DNA from: an uncultured Chlamydiae bacterium
GTDB lineage: Bacteria; Chlamydiota; Chlamydiia; Chlamydiales; 2-12-FULL-49-11
Direction of reading: 5' to 3'
DNA length: 64,000 bases
Assembly (NCBI GenBank): GCA_937996705.1
Contig: CALKUQ010000042.1
Span: 38,298-102,297 of the forward strand
Shown: positions 18,473 through 27,318 of the stretch, one piece after another
How positions within the stretch are numbered: the stretch's first letter is position 1
How the letters are laid out: the number at the start of each line of letters is the position of its first letter
Made by a program: the position numbers and the translations under genes
Notes under the pieces: generated by a model
Databases searched by the model: none
Seen by the model: the letters and a program-made list of their open reading frames with translations, nothing else
What the model was told of the DNA's origin: nothing

Positions 18473-18517
18473 ATATCATCTTCCGCGAGAACTTCTGGAA
18501 AATGAAATCAGTAGCGG
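18455..18517 (-). repeat. 63-bp intergenic repeat, copy A (minus orientation), upstream of ntt gene 16579-18099
   Basis: The reverse complement aligns with 62028-62090 at 58/63 positions by hand, with no gaps. Confidence 0.85.
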
Positions 18518-18820
18518 GCTGAGTTTATGCTTTAGTGTGTAAGAATGTATGCGGTTGCGAGTTTGGTGAGTGCTTTATAAATAGATTCATCAGAGGAGTC
18601 GATCATAAGTTGGGCTCTGAGATCGTGGTGTAGGTGATATTTATCAAGTATCTCAGCTTTGGCAATTGCGATTCTCTTCCCACAATTTTGTATTGAGGCT
18701 AGCAGTTCATCTGCTTTGTCCAACTCTCCAACGCCAAGATGTCTTCTCATTTCTAATAAGCAGGTTGTGAGTTGCGGATGTGAACGCAAATTCCGCTCCC
18801 ATCCTCTTTTTTTGTTTGTT

Positions 18821-18854
18821 AAAAAAAACCCTCACAAGTTTTTGTGAGGGTTTT
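18821..18854 (-). terminator. Rho-independent terminator of the upstream ntt gene
   Basis: The stem is ccctcacaa (18829-18837) / ttgtgaggg (18842-18850). The A8 run at 18821-18828 gives a U-tail on the minus strand. Confidence 0.75.
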
Positions 18855-18881
18855 AAGTCTAGCTCAACTTAGTTTGTATGA

Positions 18882-20435
18882 CTAAGCTGTAGATTTAGCA
18901 AGAGTTGCCTCTTGTTTCTCTTCTTGTTTTTTGCTTTCAACAAGAGCTGTAAACTTACGGCTTAGGCCAACTACAGATGCAATCCAAGCAATACAGATCG
19001 CAATTACTAGAGGTCCTAGAATTACGGTCAAGCTTGCGAGTGATACGCTTCCGCCGATGACAGCTAGAAGTGTTGATTGAACAAGAGCTCCACCTGATTT
19101 ACCAGCTCTTCCGCCGATAACTTCAACTGCAGCTTGTCCTTTCACTTTCGCTTCTTGGTCAAGTGGGATGTAGGCCATTTGTTTTGTTGAGTCAAATAGG
19201 GAGTACTTTGTCCCTTTTGAGAGAACGTTTTGTACCATACCCACAATCACAGCAACCATCACAACAGTTGTTCCCATTAGAGGGGCAAACGGTGTGCTCT
19301 TCGCTCCGTTCCAGACGAAGAAGAAGAAGATTGTTGAAGTGATAAGGATCATGATTGGGGTAATAATCGCAGCTTTTAGCCAGCTTAAACGTCTTAGGAT
19401 GTTGTTTCCAACGATCATAAGAAGAATTGTGATACCACCAGTCCATGTTGAGAATGTTCCCATAAACATGTTGTAGTCGTTTTTGTCTGGGTAAGCGATT
19501 TTAATTTGACCTTTCCAGATACCTTCTACGAGGTTAATTGCAACACCGTAGGAGAGTACTAGAACTGCAATCAATGCTAAGTATGGATTGCTTAGGATAT
19601 AACGGAAGCTTTCTCCGATTGAAAGTTTTGCCTTCTCTTTTTTCTTCCCTTGTCCAGGTTGGTAAAGAGTTGGATCTGTTAGGACGTTTTGATTCATCCA
19701 TCTGTAAGTTGCAATCACAATTAGACCAGAGAAAACAACAGCTGCCATAAGGAACTTTAAGTTAACTCCGAATCCATCGATATGTGTTGGAAGAGTTTTT
19801 GCATACTTCGCAAAGAAGATAATGGTTGGTCCTGATAACATCAGTCCAACGTTACCGAGCATTCCAAACATTCCATAGAAACGTTTTGCTTCGTCTACTT
19901 TTGTGATTTCGTTAGCAAACTGCCAGAAGAGCATGGAAAGTACAACGCTTCCCCAGAGTTCTGATAGGATATAAAATAGGCTATAGCTCCAATTTCCAAT
20001 CACAGGGATGAACCAGTGTAGATTTGGAAGTTGTTGCTGATAGTTTTGAATAGTAGTTAAGCTCATGTGGAAAAGATCTTTGTTAGGATAGATCACAAAT
20101 CCAAAAAGGCCAAAAAAGACTAAGAATGGTACTAGAATGACGTAAAAAAGTTTTTCTCTAGTAAACACGTTTGCAAGTTTTACAAACCCGATCATAAACA
20201 AGATCGCAGCAGGTGTTACACCGTACAATTTTAAGAAAGAAAGACACTCAGCGCCTCCTCCTGGGGAGTTTACAACGAGTGTATCTTTTGTATCGCGCAA
20301 GATGGTGTAATTAAAAAGTATGCACATCATCATGATGCCCATAGGAAGAAATTTTTTAAGTTCGAAGCCATGGACCGGCCATAGAATGCCACGAAGTCCT
20401 TTAAAGGCTGAACTAGTAGAAGTTTTTTCTGACAT
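18882..20435 (-). CDS. Nucleotide transport protein (NTT/Npt family), second paralogue
   Basis: It contains ILWPVHGFELKKFLPMGIMMMCILFNYTILRDTKDTLVV. I moved the start to M21 (ATG 20435, AGGA 8 nt upstream) because a terminator and promoter occupy 20467-20531. Confidence 0.9.
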   Translation of the reverse strand: MSEKTSTSSAFKGLRGILWPVHGFELKKFLPMGIMMMCILFNYTILRDTKDTLVVNSPGGGAECLSFLKLYGVTPAAILFMIGFVKLANVFTREKLFYVILVPFLVFFGLFGFVIYPNKDLFHMSLTTIQNYQQQLPNLHWFIPVIGNWSYSLFYILSELWGSVVLSMLFWQFANEITKVDEAKRFYGMFGMLGNVGLMLSGPTIIFFAKYAKTLPTHIDGFGVNLKFLMAAVVFSGLIVIATYRWMNQNVLTDPTLYQPGQGKKKEKAKLSIGESFRYILSNPYLALIAVLVLSYGVAINLVEGIWKGQIKIAYPDKNDYNMFMGTFSTWTGGITILLMIVGNNILRRLSWLKAAIITPIMILITSTIFFFFVWNGAKSTPFAPLMGTTVVMVAVIVGMVQNVLSKGTKYSLFDSTKQMAYIPLDQEAKVKGQAAVEVIGGRAGKSGGALVQSTLLAVIGGSVSLASLTVILGPLVIAICIAWIASVVGLSRKFTALVESKKQEEKQEATLAKSTA

Positions 20436-20466
20436 AGTTAAATCCTGGTTGTTTGTATCACGTATA

Positions 20467-20495
20467 AATATAGCAAATGGAAAAAAATTAGACAA
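20467..20495 (-). promoter_or_regulatory. Candidate sigma-66/70 promoter for ntt (TTGTCT-17 nt-TATATT)
   Basis: On the minus strand, the -35 ttgtct lies at 20495-20490 and the -10 tatatt at 20472-20467, with a 17-nt spacer. It sits about 30 nt upstream of ATG 20435. Confidence 0.45.
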
Positions 20496-20498
20496 GAG

Positions 20499-20531
20499 AA
20501 AAGCCTTTAAACACGGGGTCTAAAGGCTTTT
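20499..20531 (-). terminator. Terminator hairpin downstream of euo
   Basis: The stem is aaaagccttta / taaaggctttt with an 11-nt loop. A T-rich tail follows on the minus strand. Confidence 0.55.
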
Positions 20532-20543
20532 TAAAAAGAAAGC

Positions 20544-21074
20544 TTAACGATTAAAGAGCTGTTCTAGTGCAGCTTCTGCGTTGAATTGTCCTTGGACGAT
20601 CTCAGTAAAAGTGTTCCAAAGATTTTGGTCAGCTACACCCGCTTTGATCGATTGAATTAATTCACGTTTGCAAGCTATTAAAGATTTTTTTGGACTAAGA
20701 ACGGAGACCATTTCTTTGTCTCCAGAAATTTTAGCCATATTTAAAAGACGATCTAATTGTGTTTTTGTAAAAGTAATTTGATCTTTTCTTTTTTTAGAGC
20801 CTCGAGCTGCTCTCTGCTTTGGAGAGATGATGGTAGGCTTATTGGATGCTATAATAAATTTTTCAATTAAAGCGCTTAGCTCAGAAGGTTGTTTTAATTT
20901 CATTTTTCTTAGTGTGAAATGGTGCATGTAGCCTCCCACTGACATAGGAAGGTATTTGCAAAGATCGTTCTCTTTTTTCCCATTTACCTTTTTAATAGCT
21001 CTTGAGATTACATCTTCAATGTCGTCAAGAGATTTTAATCCACTTACTGTTTCTGCTTTGTATGGCATATTCAA
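20544..21074 (-). CDS. euo: EUO-like chlamydial developmental transcriptional repressor
   Basis: It is 176 aa and basic. The N-terminal ISRAIKKVNGKK...GGYMHHFTLRKMK matches my recollection of the conserved EUO core. This is from memory, not verified. Confidence 0.55.
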   Translation of the reverse strand: MNMPYKAETVSGLKSLDDIEDVISRAIKKVNGKKENDLCKYLPMSVGGYMHHFTLRKMKLKQPSELSALIEKFIIASNKPTIISPKQRAARGSKKRKDQITFTKTQLDRLLNMAKISGDKEMVSVLSPKKSLIACKRELIQSIKAGVADQNLWNTFTEIVQGQFNAEAALEQLFNR

Positions 21075-21170
21075 CTTTCCTTTCGTAAAAAAAAATATTC
21101 AATCGTATACTAAATGTTATTAATATTTTTTTGCAAGATATAAAATAATTTGGTGTGGTATTATGTGGAA

Positions 21171-22157
21171 ATGAAAATTCTTTTAATAGGCTCAGGAAAG
21201 GGCGGGGTCGGTAAATCGACAATTAGTGTTAGTTTAGCTTTATTATTTAAAATTTTAGGTTGGAGAGTTGGCTTAATAGATGCCGATATTTATGGACCCT
21301 CTTTAAAGGAGATGCTTTTGCCAGATACTCTCCCTTATGTAGATGCAGGGTTATTAGTTCCAGCTACTTCTAAAGGCTTGGAGGTCGTTTCAGCCGCCTA
21401 TTTTCCGAAGTTCGATAAAGGGGCTCCTGTCAGAGCTCCTCTTGTCAATGGGGTAATAGAACAATTTTTAACTGGGGTTAAGTGGGATAATAGAGATTTG
21501 CTAATTATAGATCTCCCCCCAGGAACAGGGGATATTCATCTAACCATTCTTCAAAAACTTAAAATTGATGGAGCTATCGCAATTACCACTCCTCAAAAAA
21601 TTTCTACCATTGATGTCGAAAAAGCCCTGTATCTCTTCCAAAATTCCAAGATCCCGATTTTAGGTATTATTGAAAATATGAGTTATTATCAAGATCCTCT
21701 AACGGGGGAAAAGCATAGGGTTTTTGGTGAGGGTGGGGGAGAGGTCCTTTCTAAAAAATTTAATACTAAACTGCTAGGGCAAGTCCCGATAGATCCTCTA
21801 TTAATGAGAAATCTTGATTTGGGGGAGGGGGCAAAATTTTCCTTAAGCGAGGAAATTCTTTGGAAAATTGCCCTTGAGATCAGCGCGAAATTGTGTGATG
21901 ATGATTCTCAAAAAAAAATAGAAGTGACTCAAATCGATTCTCATCATGTTGAGATCTCTAGAGCAGGGAGGGTTGTAAAGTGGAGGTTTTCTACACTGCA
22001 AGAGAGTTGCCCTTGCGCCAGATGTGCACAAAATGATAGGCCGCAGGACCCGAATGTGACTGTTACAGACATTCAAAAAATAGGGAATTATGCGGTGCGA
22101 TTTCAGTTTACAACAGGATGCAGCAAAGGATTCTACACATGGCAAAATTTCTCTTAG
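21171..22157 (+). CDS. mrp: Mrp/ApbC-type Fe-S cluster carrier ATPase with C-terminal DUF971-like Cys-rich domain
   Basis: It has the deviant Walker A GSGKGGVGKST and DLPPGTGD, plus a C-terminal SCPCARCAQ...YAVRFQF. I chose the start MKILLIGS at 21171. Confidence 0.85.
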   Translation: MKILLIGSGKGGVGKSTISVSLALLFKILGWRVGLIDADIYGPSLKEMLLPDTLPYVDAGLLVPATSKGLEVVSAAYFPKFDKGAPVRAPLVNGVIEQFLTGVKWDNRDLLIIDLPPGTGDIHLTILQKLKIDGAIAITTPQKISTIDVEKALYLFQNSKIPILGIIENMSYYQDPLTGEKHRVFGEGGGEVLSKKFNTKLLGQVPIDPLLMRNLDLGEGAKFSLSEEILWKIALEISAKLCDDDSQKKIEVTQIDSHHVEISRAGRVVKWRFSTLQESCPCARCAQNDRPQDPNVTVTDIQKIGNYAVRFQFTTGCSKGFYTWQNFS

Positions 22158-23083
22158 TTTTATTGTTTTTAGTTGGATGTGGCACCCAAATTAGAAATGA
22201 TTTTTCTGGATGGGTTCAAGATGATGGAAAGGTTAGAGTTCTTGCTACAACTGCCTTTGTCGCTGATTTAGTCAGACGTGTCGGAGGAGATCGGGTTAAG
22301 GTGATTTCGATGGTAGGGGAAAATCAGGATCCTCATTCGTATGAGGTGGTGAAGGGTGATGGAGAAAAATTTAATTATGCCGATGTTGTTTTCGCCAATG
22401 GCCTTTTTTTAGAACATTCTGGCAGTATGCAATACCAATTGAAACATCATAAAAATGTTGTTTTTTTAGGAGATGAGCTTCTGAAAAAATATCCTGATAG
22501 AATTATTTATGTCGATGGGCAGCTCGACCCTCACATATGGATGAATATTTCTTTGTGGAGTGAGTGTATTGATTTTGTATTAAAAAAGTTGATCGAAATT
22601 GATCCTGAAAATAGCAAGATATACAAAGAGAGGGGAGATCTCACGAAAGCAGAGTTTATTAGTGAAGATGCTCAAATTAGTAAAAGGATGCAAAGTATCC
22701 CTGCAGAAAAACGATATCTAGTAACAAGTCATGACGCATTTAACTATTTTGTTAAAAGGTATTTTGCCACTTCAACAGAGATAGAGGATGATAGTTGGAG
22801 AGTTAGGGTCAATGCTCTGCAAGGGCTTGCTCCGGATGAGCAAATTAGTGTAATGCAAATAAAAGAGATTGTAGATCACGTTTGTAAGTATCACATCCAA
22901 GTGATTTTCCCAGAAAATAACTTAAGTTCTGATTCACTTGAGAAGGTCAAAGAGGCATGCGCTCACAGAGGTGTAGAAATTCATCTAGCAAAAAGCACAT
23001 TATATGGTGACACATTAGGCGGAAAAGGCTATTTAGAAATGCTAGAGTACAATGCAGGGGTTTTGGAGAGTAATTTACAATGA
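22139..23083 (+). CDS. ytgA: Metal (Fe/Mn/Zn) ABC transporter substrate-binding lipoprotein, TroA/ZnuA family
   Basis: It has a lipobox LFLVGCG and a cluster-9 SBP-like sequence (DPHSYE, DPHIWMN, TSHDAFNYF). It is the first gene of the ytg operon. Confidence 0.85.
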   Translation: MAKFLLVLLFLVGCGTQIRNDFSGWVQDDGKVRVLATTAFVADLVRRVGGDRVKVISMVGENQDPHSYEVVKGDGEKFNYADVVFANGLFLEHSGSMQYQLKHHKNVVFLGDELLKKYPDRIIYVDGQLDPHIWMNISLWSECIDFVLKKLIEIDPENSKIYKERGDLTKAEFISEDAQISKRMQSIPAEKRYLVTSHDAFNYFVKRYFATSTEIEDDSWRVRVNALQGLAPDEQISVMQIKEIVDHVCKYHIQVIFPENNLSSDSLEKVKEACAHRGVEIHLAKSTLYGDTLGGKGYLEMLEYNAGVLESNLQ

Positions 23084-23844
23084 ATGAAATAGAAGTGACA
23101 GATTTAACGGTCACATATGATCGAAAGCCTGTTGTCTGGGATTTAGCATTTAAAGTTCCAAAGGGGGTAATTGCTGCGATTATTGGTCCCAATGGGGCGG
23201 GAAAGAGCACTTTAATCAAAGCAATGATAGGGTTAGTTCCCTCAGTTTCGGGAAAAGTCCGTTTTTTTGGGAAAAAACTAGACGAAGTGATGGGTAAAAT
23301 TGCTTATATCGCTCAGAGATCGAGTATTGACTGGGATTTTCCGATTACCGCTTTTGAAGTTGTCTTGATGGGACGGTATGGGAGACTGGGCTGGTTTAGA
23401 AGGCCTAGTAAAAGCGATAAACTAGAAGCTCAAAAAATTTTAGGTAAAATTGGGATGGGGGCTCTTCGCAATCGTCAAATTTCTGAACTTTCTGGAGGTC
23501 AGCAGCAAAGGCTTTTTTTAGGAAGGGCCCTTTTTCAAGATGCAGACATCTATTTTTTAGATGAGCCTTTTGCAGGCGTCGATATGACTACAGAAAAGTT
23601 TATTGTGGATATTTTGAAAGAATTGGCAAGTCAAGGAAAAACAATTTTCATCGTTCACCACGATTTAAACACGGTCGAAAGCTATTTTGATTGGGCTATT
23701 TTATTAAATATGAGAATTGTAGCTGCAGGTCCGCTTAGAGAGACTTTCAACTCTAAAAATTTGGTAAAAGCGTTTGGCCAAAAAGCGGGGCTTTTAGAAG
23801 AGGCCTTCTTGTATGCAAAAGAAAAAGCTGAAGGGACTAAGTAA
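23080..23844 (+). CDS. ytgB: Metal ABC transporter ATP-binding protein
   Basis: It has Walker A GPNGAGKST, the signature LSGGQQQR and Walker B IYFLDEP. Confidence 0.9.
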   Translation: MNEIEVTDLTVTYDRKPVVWDLAFKVPKGVIAAIIGPNGAGKSTLIKAMIGLVPSVSGKVRFFGKKLDEVMGKIAYIAQRSSIDWDFPITAFEVVLMGRYGRLGWFRRPSKSDKLEAQKILGKIGMGALRNRQISELSGGQQQRLFLGRALFQDADIYFLDEPFAGVDMTTEKFIVDILKELASQGKTIFIVHHDLNTVESYFDWAILLNMRIVAAGPLRETFNSKNLVKAFGQKAGLLEEAFLYAKEKAEGTK

Positions 23845-25165
23845 TTTGTTTTCGCTCAATGAGTTTTTTACCAATTCTATCCTCTCTGCATCAACGGTGG
23901 GTTCGATGCTTATGGGTCTGGTTGCAAGTCTGGTAGGTGTTTTAGTCTTTGTCAGAAAAAGGGCGCTTATTGGGGAAACACTCTCCCATGCAGCATATCC
24001 AGGGATTGTGTTAGGAATTTCCCTGTTTTCTTTTCTTTTTGATCAAAGTCCCATGAGCTTCCCTTTAGTGGTTTTGCTCGGGGCGTTTTTTTCGGGCATT
24101 TTAGGGCTATTTTTGGTCCATTTTTTAGAAAAGAGGCTTTTACTAAACAGTGATACGGCACTATGCTTTGTCCTATCGACATTTCTTGGGATAGGCGTTT
24201 TAATTGCAAGTAGATTGCAGTTTTCAGAGCCTATTTGGTATCAAAAAGTGGGGGCCCTTTTGTATGGACAAACAGCAACTATGCTTTGGGTCCATGTCTA
24301 TATTTATGCAGTTTTAAGCGGGCTTATTTTGCTCTTTATTGTATGGAATCACTCAGCATTAAAAGTGATAAATTTTGATCACGATTTTGCTAAAATGAAT
24401 GGGTTTGCGATTAAAAGGCTTGAGGGTGCAACGATTGTTTTGATTGTTTTAGCAATTGTGATAGGTATCAGGAGTGTAGGGGTGATTTTAATGGCTGGAA
24501 TGTTAATAGCTCCAGCTGTTTGTGCTAGACAATACGCAAATAAATTTTGGCAAATGTTTGTTGTAAGTAGCCTTTTTGGGGTGGGAATCGGTTTTTTTGG
24601 TCTTGTTCTTTCCGTTAATGGCTCAATTTGGCTTAGTGCAAAATATGGGGGGAAATTAGCTTTGCCAGCAGGTCCTGTGATTATGATTCTTGCTGTTTTT
24701 GTTACCTTGATGACCCTTATTTTTTCTTTAAAGAGGAGTCTTGTTAGTAGGGTAATACGGCGCAACAGTTTTAGGATGAATTGCCTGGAAGAAAATATCT
24801 TGAAATACATTTTTAAGTCTAAGGGCCCTGTATCCTTTAAAGATTTGAAAGAGGTGTTTCACTTGAATCGACCTGTATTATGGGTTGTGATGCAAATGAT
24901 GAAACTTAAAAAGATCATAGAGGCAAATCATGGCTATGTTCTCACCGATCTTGGAAAGAGAAAGGCTAAGAGAATTATTCGGTTGCATAGATTGTGGGAA
25001 GTCTATCTTTTTACCTGTCTTGATGTTCAGGCTGAAGATGTTCATAAAAGTGCAGAAGAGATGGAGCATGCGATTACCCCTGAACTAGAAGAAAAATTGG
25101 TCAAGCTTTTGGGTGATCCAAAAACTGACCCACATAAACAACCGATTCCGGATTCAGATGGATAA
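23813..25165 (+). CDS. ytgC: Metal ABC permease fused to C-terminal DtxR-family repressor domain (YtgC-YtgR type)
   Basis: The N-terminal ~300 aa are a polytopic TroC-like permease. The C-terminal ~130 aa read LEENILKYIF...VLTDLGKRKAKRIIRLHRLWEVYL...VHKSAEEMEHAITPELEEKL (DtxR/TroR-like HTH plus metal site). Confidence 0.85.
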   Translation: MQKKKLKGLSNLFSLNEFFTNSILSASTVGSMLMGLVASLVGVLVFVRKRALIGETLSHAAYPGIVLGISLFSFLFDQSPMSFPLVVLLGAFFSGILGLFLVHFLEKRLLLNSDTALCFVLSTFLGIGVLIASRLQFSEPIWYQKVGALLYGQTATMLWVHVYIYAVLSGLILLFIVWNHSALKVINFDHDFAKMNGFAIKRLEGATIVLIVLAIVIGIRSVGVILMAGMLIAPAVCARQYANKFWQMFVVSSLFGVGIGFFGLVLSVNGSIWLSAKYGGKLALPAGPVIMILAVFVTLMTLIFSLKRSLVSRVIRRNSFRMNCLEENILKYIFKSKGPVSFKDLKEVFHLNRPVLWVVMQMMKLKKIIEANHGYVLTDLGKRKAKRIIRLHRLWEVYLFTCLDVQAEDVHKSAEEMEHAITPELEEKLVKLLGDPKTDPHKQPIPDSDG

Positions 25166-26132
25166 AAGTTATTGGGGAAAGACGTTTGTTGGTTTTTTTC
25201 AGGAATTGTTTTGGCATATGGTAGCTGCATGTCAAGGAAAATATGGCTTTGAAGATTTAGCCGTTGATGAAATTCAGATTATAACTCTCTCGTTGCTTGG
25301 AATTTCAGCAGCTATTGTTGGCTCGTTTTTAGTAACTCGGAAAATGTCAATGGTTGCTAATGCAATTTCCCATACAGTCTTACTCGGTGTTGTTGGATCT
25401 TTTTTGATTTTGCACTATTTTTTTGCAAGACCCTTTAGTGAGTTGCTCGAAATAGATATGAAGCTCCTCATCCTAGCCTCAATTATTGCTAGCTTACTTA
25501 CAATGGTATGCATCGACTTTTTTAATAGAGTCTTGCGACTTTCCAAGGATGCGAGTATCGGCCTTGTTTTCACCTCTCTATTTTCCGTGGGAATTATTTT
25601 AGTTACTGTTTTTACAAAAAACATTCATATCGGAGCAGAAATCATTATGGGTAATGTCGATATGATCCATAAAAATGACATTTGGATTGCACTGATTTTA
25701 GTAATCGGGAATTTTCTTTGCATGAATCTTTTTTTCAAAGAATACTTGGTCACCTCCTTTGACCCCGAATTTTCAAAGCTTTCAAAAATTTCTCCAGTGT
25801 TACTTAACTATATAGTTATTTTTCAAACAAGTTTGACCCTTGTAGGGGCTTTTAGGGCGATTGGGGTAGTTCTTATTTTAGCTCTTCTTATAGTGCCACC
25901 TGTTACCGCGAGATTGTTTGTATCTCGTTTAAAGCCGATGATTTACCTCTCTTGCTTTATTGCTTTTGTTGCCGCTGTCTTGTCAGTTGCTCTGACAAGA
26001 CATATGGTCTCAGTCTACGGTATCCCCTTGTCTACATCAGGGTTAATGGTTACTATTCTATTTTTAATAGGGGCAATCTCTCTTACTTCAATACATATAA
26101 ATCGATTGTGTAATTTAAAAAGATTGAGCTAA
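25158..26132 (+). CDS. ytgD: Metal ABC transporter permease (TroD-like)
   Basis: It is a polytopic ABC-3 permease. The start ATGGATAA overlaps the ytgC stop. Confidence 0.85.
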   Translation: MDKSYWGKTFVGFFQELFWHMVAACQGKYGFEDLAVDEIQIITLSLLGISAAIVGSFLVTRKMSMVANAISHTVLLGVVGSFLILHYFFARPFSELLEIDMKLLILASIIASLLTMVCIDFFNRVLRLSKDASIGLVFTSLFSVGIILVTVFTKNIHIGAEIIMGNVDMIHKNDIWIALILVIGNFLCMNLFFKEYLVTSFDPEFSKLSKISPVLLNYIVIFQTSLTLVGAFRAIGVVLILALLIVPPVTARLFVSRLKPMIYLSCFIAFVAAVLSVALTRHMVSVYGIPLSTSGLMVTILFLIGAISLTSIHINRLCNLKRLS

Positions 26133-26175
26133 TTTTCTTTATTTAAACTTGGAGAGGGTGCTAGGATTGCGACCT

Positions 26176-27315
26176 ATGGAAAAGAAAATTACAGTTTTGG
26201 GAAGTACTGGCTCGATTGGGAGGCAGACGCTAAATGTCGCAAGGCATTTAGGGGAGAGAGTGAAGGTTGTAGGTCTTGCTGCTAGAGATAGTGTTGACTT
26301 GATGGAAGCGCAAGCCTTAGAGTTTCAACCAGAAATTATTGCCCTTTTTGATGAAAAGGCTGCTAGAGAATTGAAGAGGCGCCACCCTGGTTGGAATGTA
26401 GTGAGTGGGATGAGCGGTCTTTGTGAGGTGGCTAGTTATCATAGTATTGATACAGTGATTATAGGCCTTGTAGGATCTCAAGCTATTTTGCCTGTGATTG
26501 AGGCGATTAAAGCGGGAAAGAAGATCGGTCTTGCCAACAAGGAAGTTTTGGTTTCAGCAGGTGAGTATATCATGGGTCTTGCCGAGGCAAAACAAGTGGA
26601 AATTTTTCCGATTGATAGTGAGCATAGCGCCATTTTTCAGTGCTTACTTGGAGAAGATAAATCAGAGATTTCGAGAGTAATTTTAACAGCCTCGGGGGGG
26701 CCATTTTTGCATGCAAGCGAGGAAGATCTAAAGCAGGTGACTGTAGAGTCGGCCTCTAATCATCCGACTTGGAAAATGGGTGGAAAGGTGAGTATTGACT
26801 GCTCTACGCTAATGAATAAAGGATTTGAAGTTATTGAGGCTAAATGGCTTTTTGACTTACCTCTTGAGAAGATTGATGTTGTGATTCACCCCCAAAGTTT
26901 AGTTCACAGTTTTATAGAATTTGTCGATGGATCGATGAAGGCTCAAATCAATCCCCCTAGTATGGAGCTCCCTATTCAGTATGCGCTGACTTATCCAAAT
27001 CGGATAAAACGAGATCAAAATAAATTCGACTTTGGAAAATTTAGTAAATTTGAATTTTATTTACCTGATTTAAAAAAATTTAGATGTTTAGCGCTTGCTT
27101 ATGATGCGATGAGGATTGGAGGGAGTTTGCCATGCGTTTTAAACGCCGGAAATGAGGTATTTGTTGAAAGGTTTTGTAGGGGTGAGTTAAACTGGTTGCA
27201 AATAGCTGAAAAGTTGGAAATTCTTCTCGGAAGGCATACCGCGCTCCATAAAATTGGGGTGGATACATTGCTCGAGGTGGATAGAGAGGCTCGGCTTGAA
27301 GCAAAGAGATTGTAA
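26176..27315 (+). CDS. dxr: 1-deoxy-D-xylulose 5-phosphate reductoisomerase
   Basis: It contains ITVLGSTGSIGRQTL, LANKE, DSEHSAIFQC and NHPTWKMG motifs. Confidence 0.95.
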   Translation: MEKKITVLGSTGSIGRQTLNVARHLGERVKVVGLAARDSVDLMEAQALEFQPEIIALFDEKAARELKRRHPGWNVVSGMSGLCEVASYHSIDTVIIGLVGSQAILPVIEAIKAGKKIGLANKEVLVSAGEYIMGLAEAKQVEIFPIDSEHSAIFQCLLGEDKSEISRVILTASGGPFLHASEEDLKQVTVESASNHPTWKMGGKVSIDCSTLMNKGFEVIEAKWLFDLPLEKIDVVIHPQSLVHSFIEFVDGSMKAQINPPSMELPIQYALTYPNRIKRDQNKFDFGKFSKFEFYLPDLKKFRCLALAYDAMRIGGSLPCVLNAGNEVFVERFCRGELNWLQIAEKLEILLGRHTALHKIGVDTLLEVDREARLEAKRL

Positions 27316-27318
27316 ACT

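Noticed and set aside
18532-18789. An 85-aa minus-strand ORF between the two ntt genes.
   Set aside because: It starts with TTG about 30 nt after a strong terminator, with no visible SD or promoter. I recognised no motif, so I treat it as probably non-coding leader; RNA-seq or proteomics could revive it.
20436-20495. A 20-codon N-terminal extension of the second ntt ORF.
   Set aside because: The euo terminator hairpin and a good -35/-10 pair occupy this stretch. The internal ATG at 20435 has an AGGA at proper spacing, and the conserved NTT sequence starts after it.
21150-21170. Upstream alternative-start extensions in the ORF track (also 22118, 25113, 26149, 36030, 7960 and 12480).
   Set aside because: In each case a downstream ATG gives the N-terminus typical of the family (P-loop, lipobox, Rossmann motif, MSKK...IIGIDLG). 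It often forms a stop/start overlap with the preceding gene.
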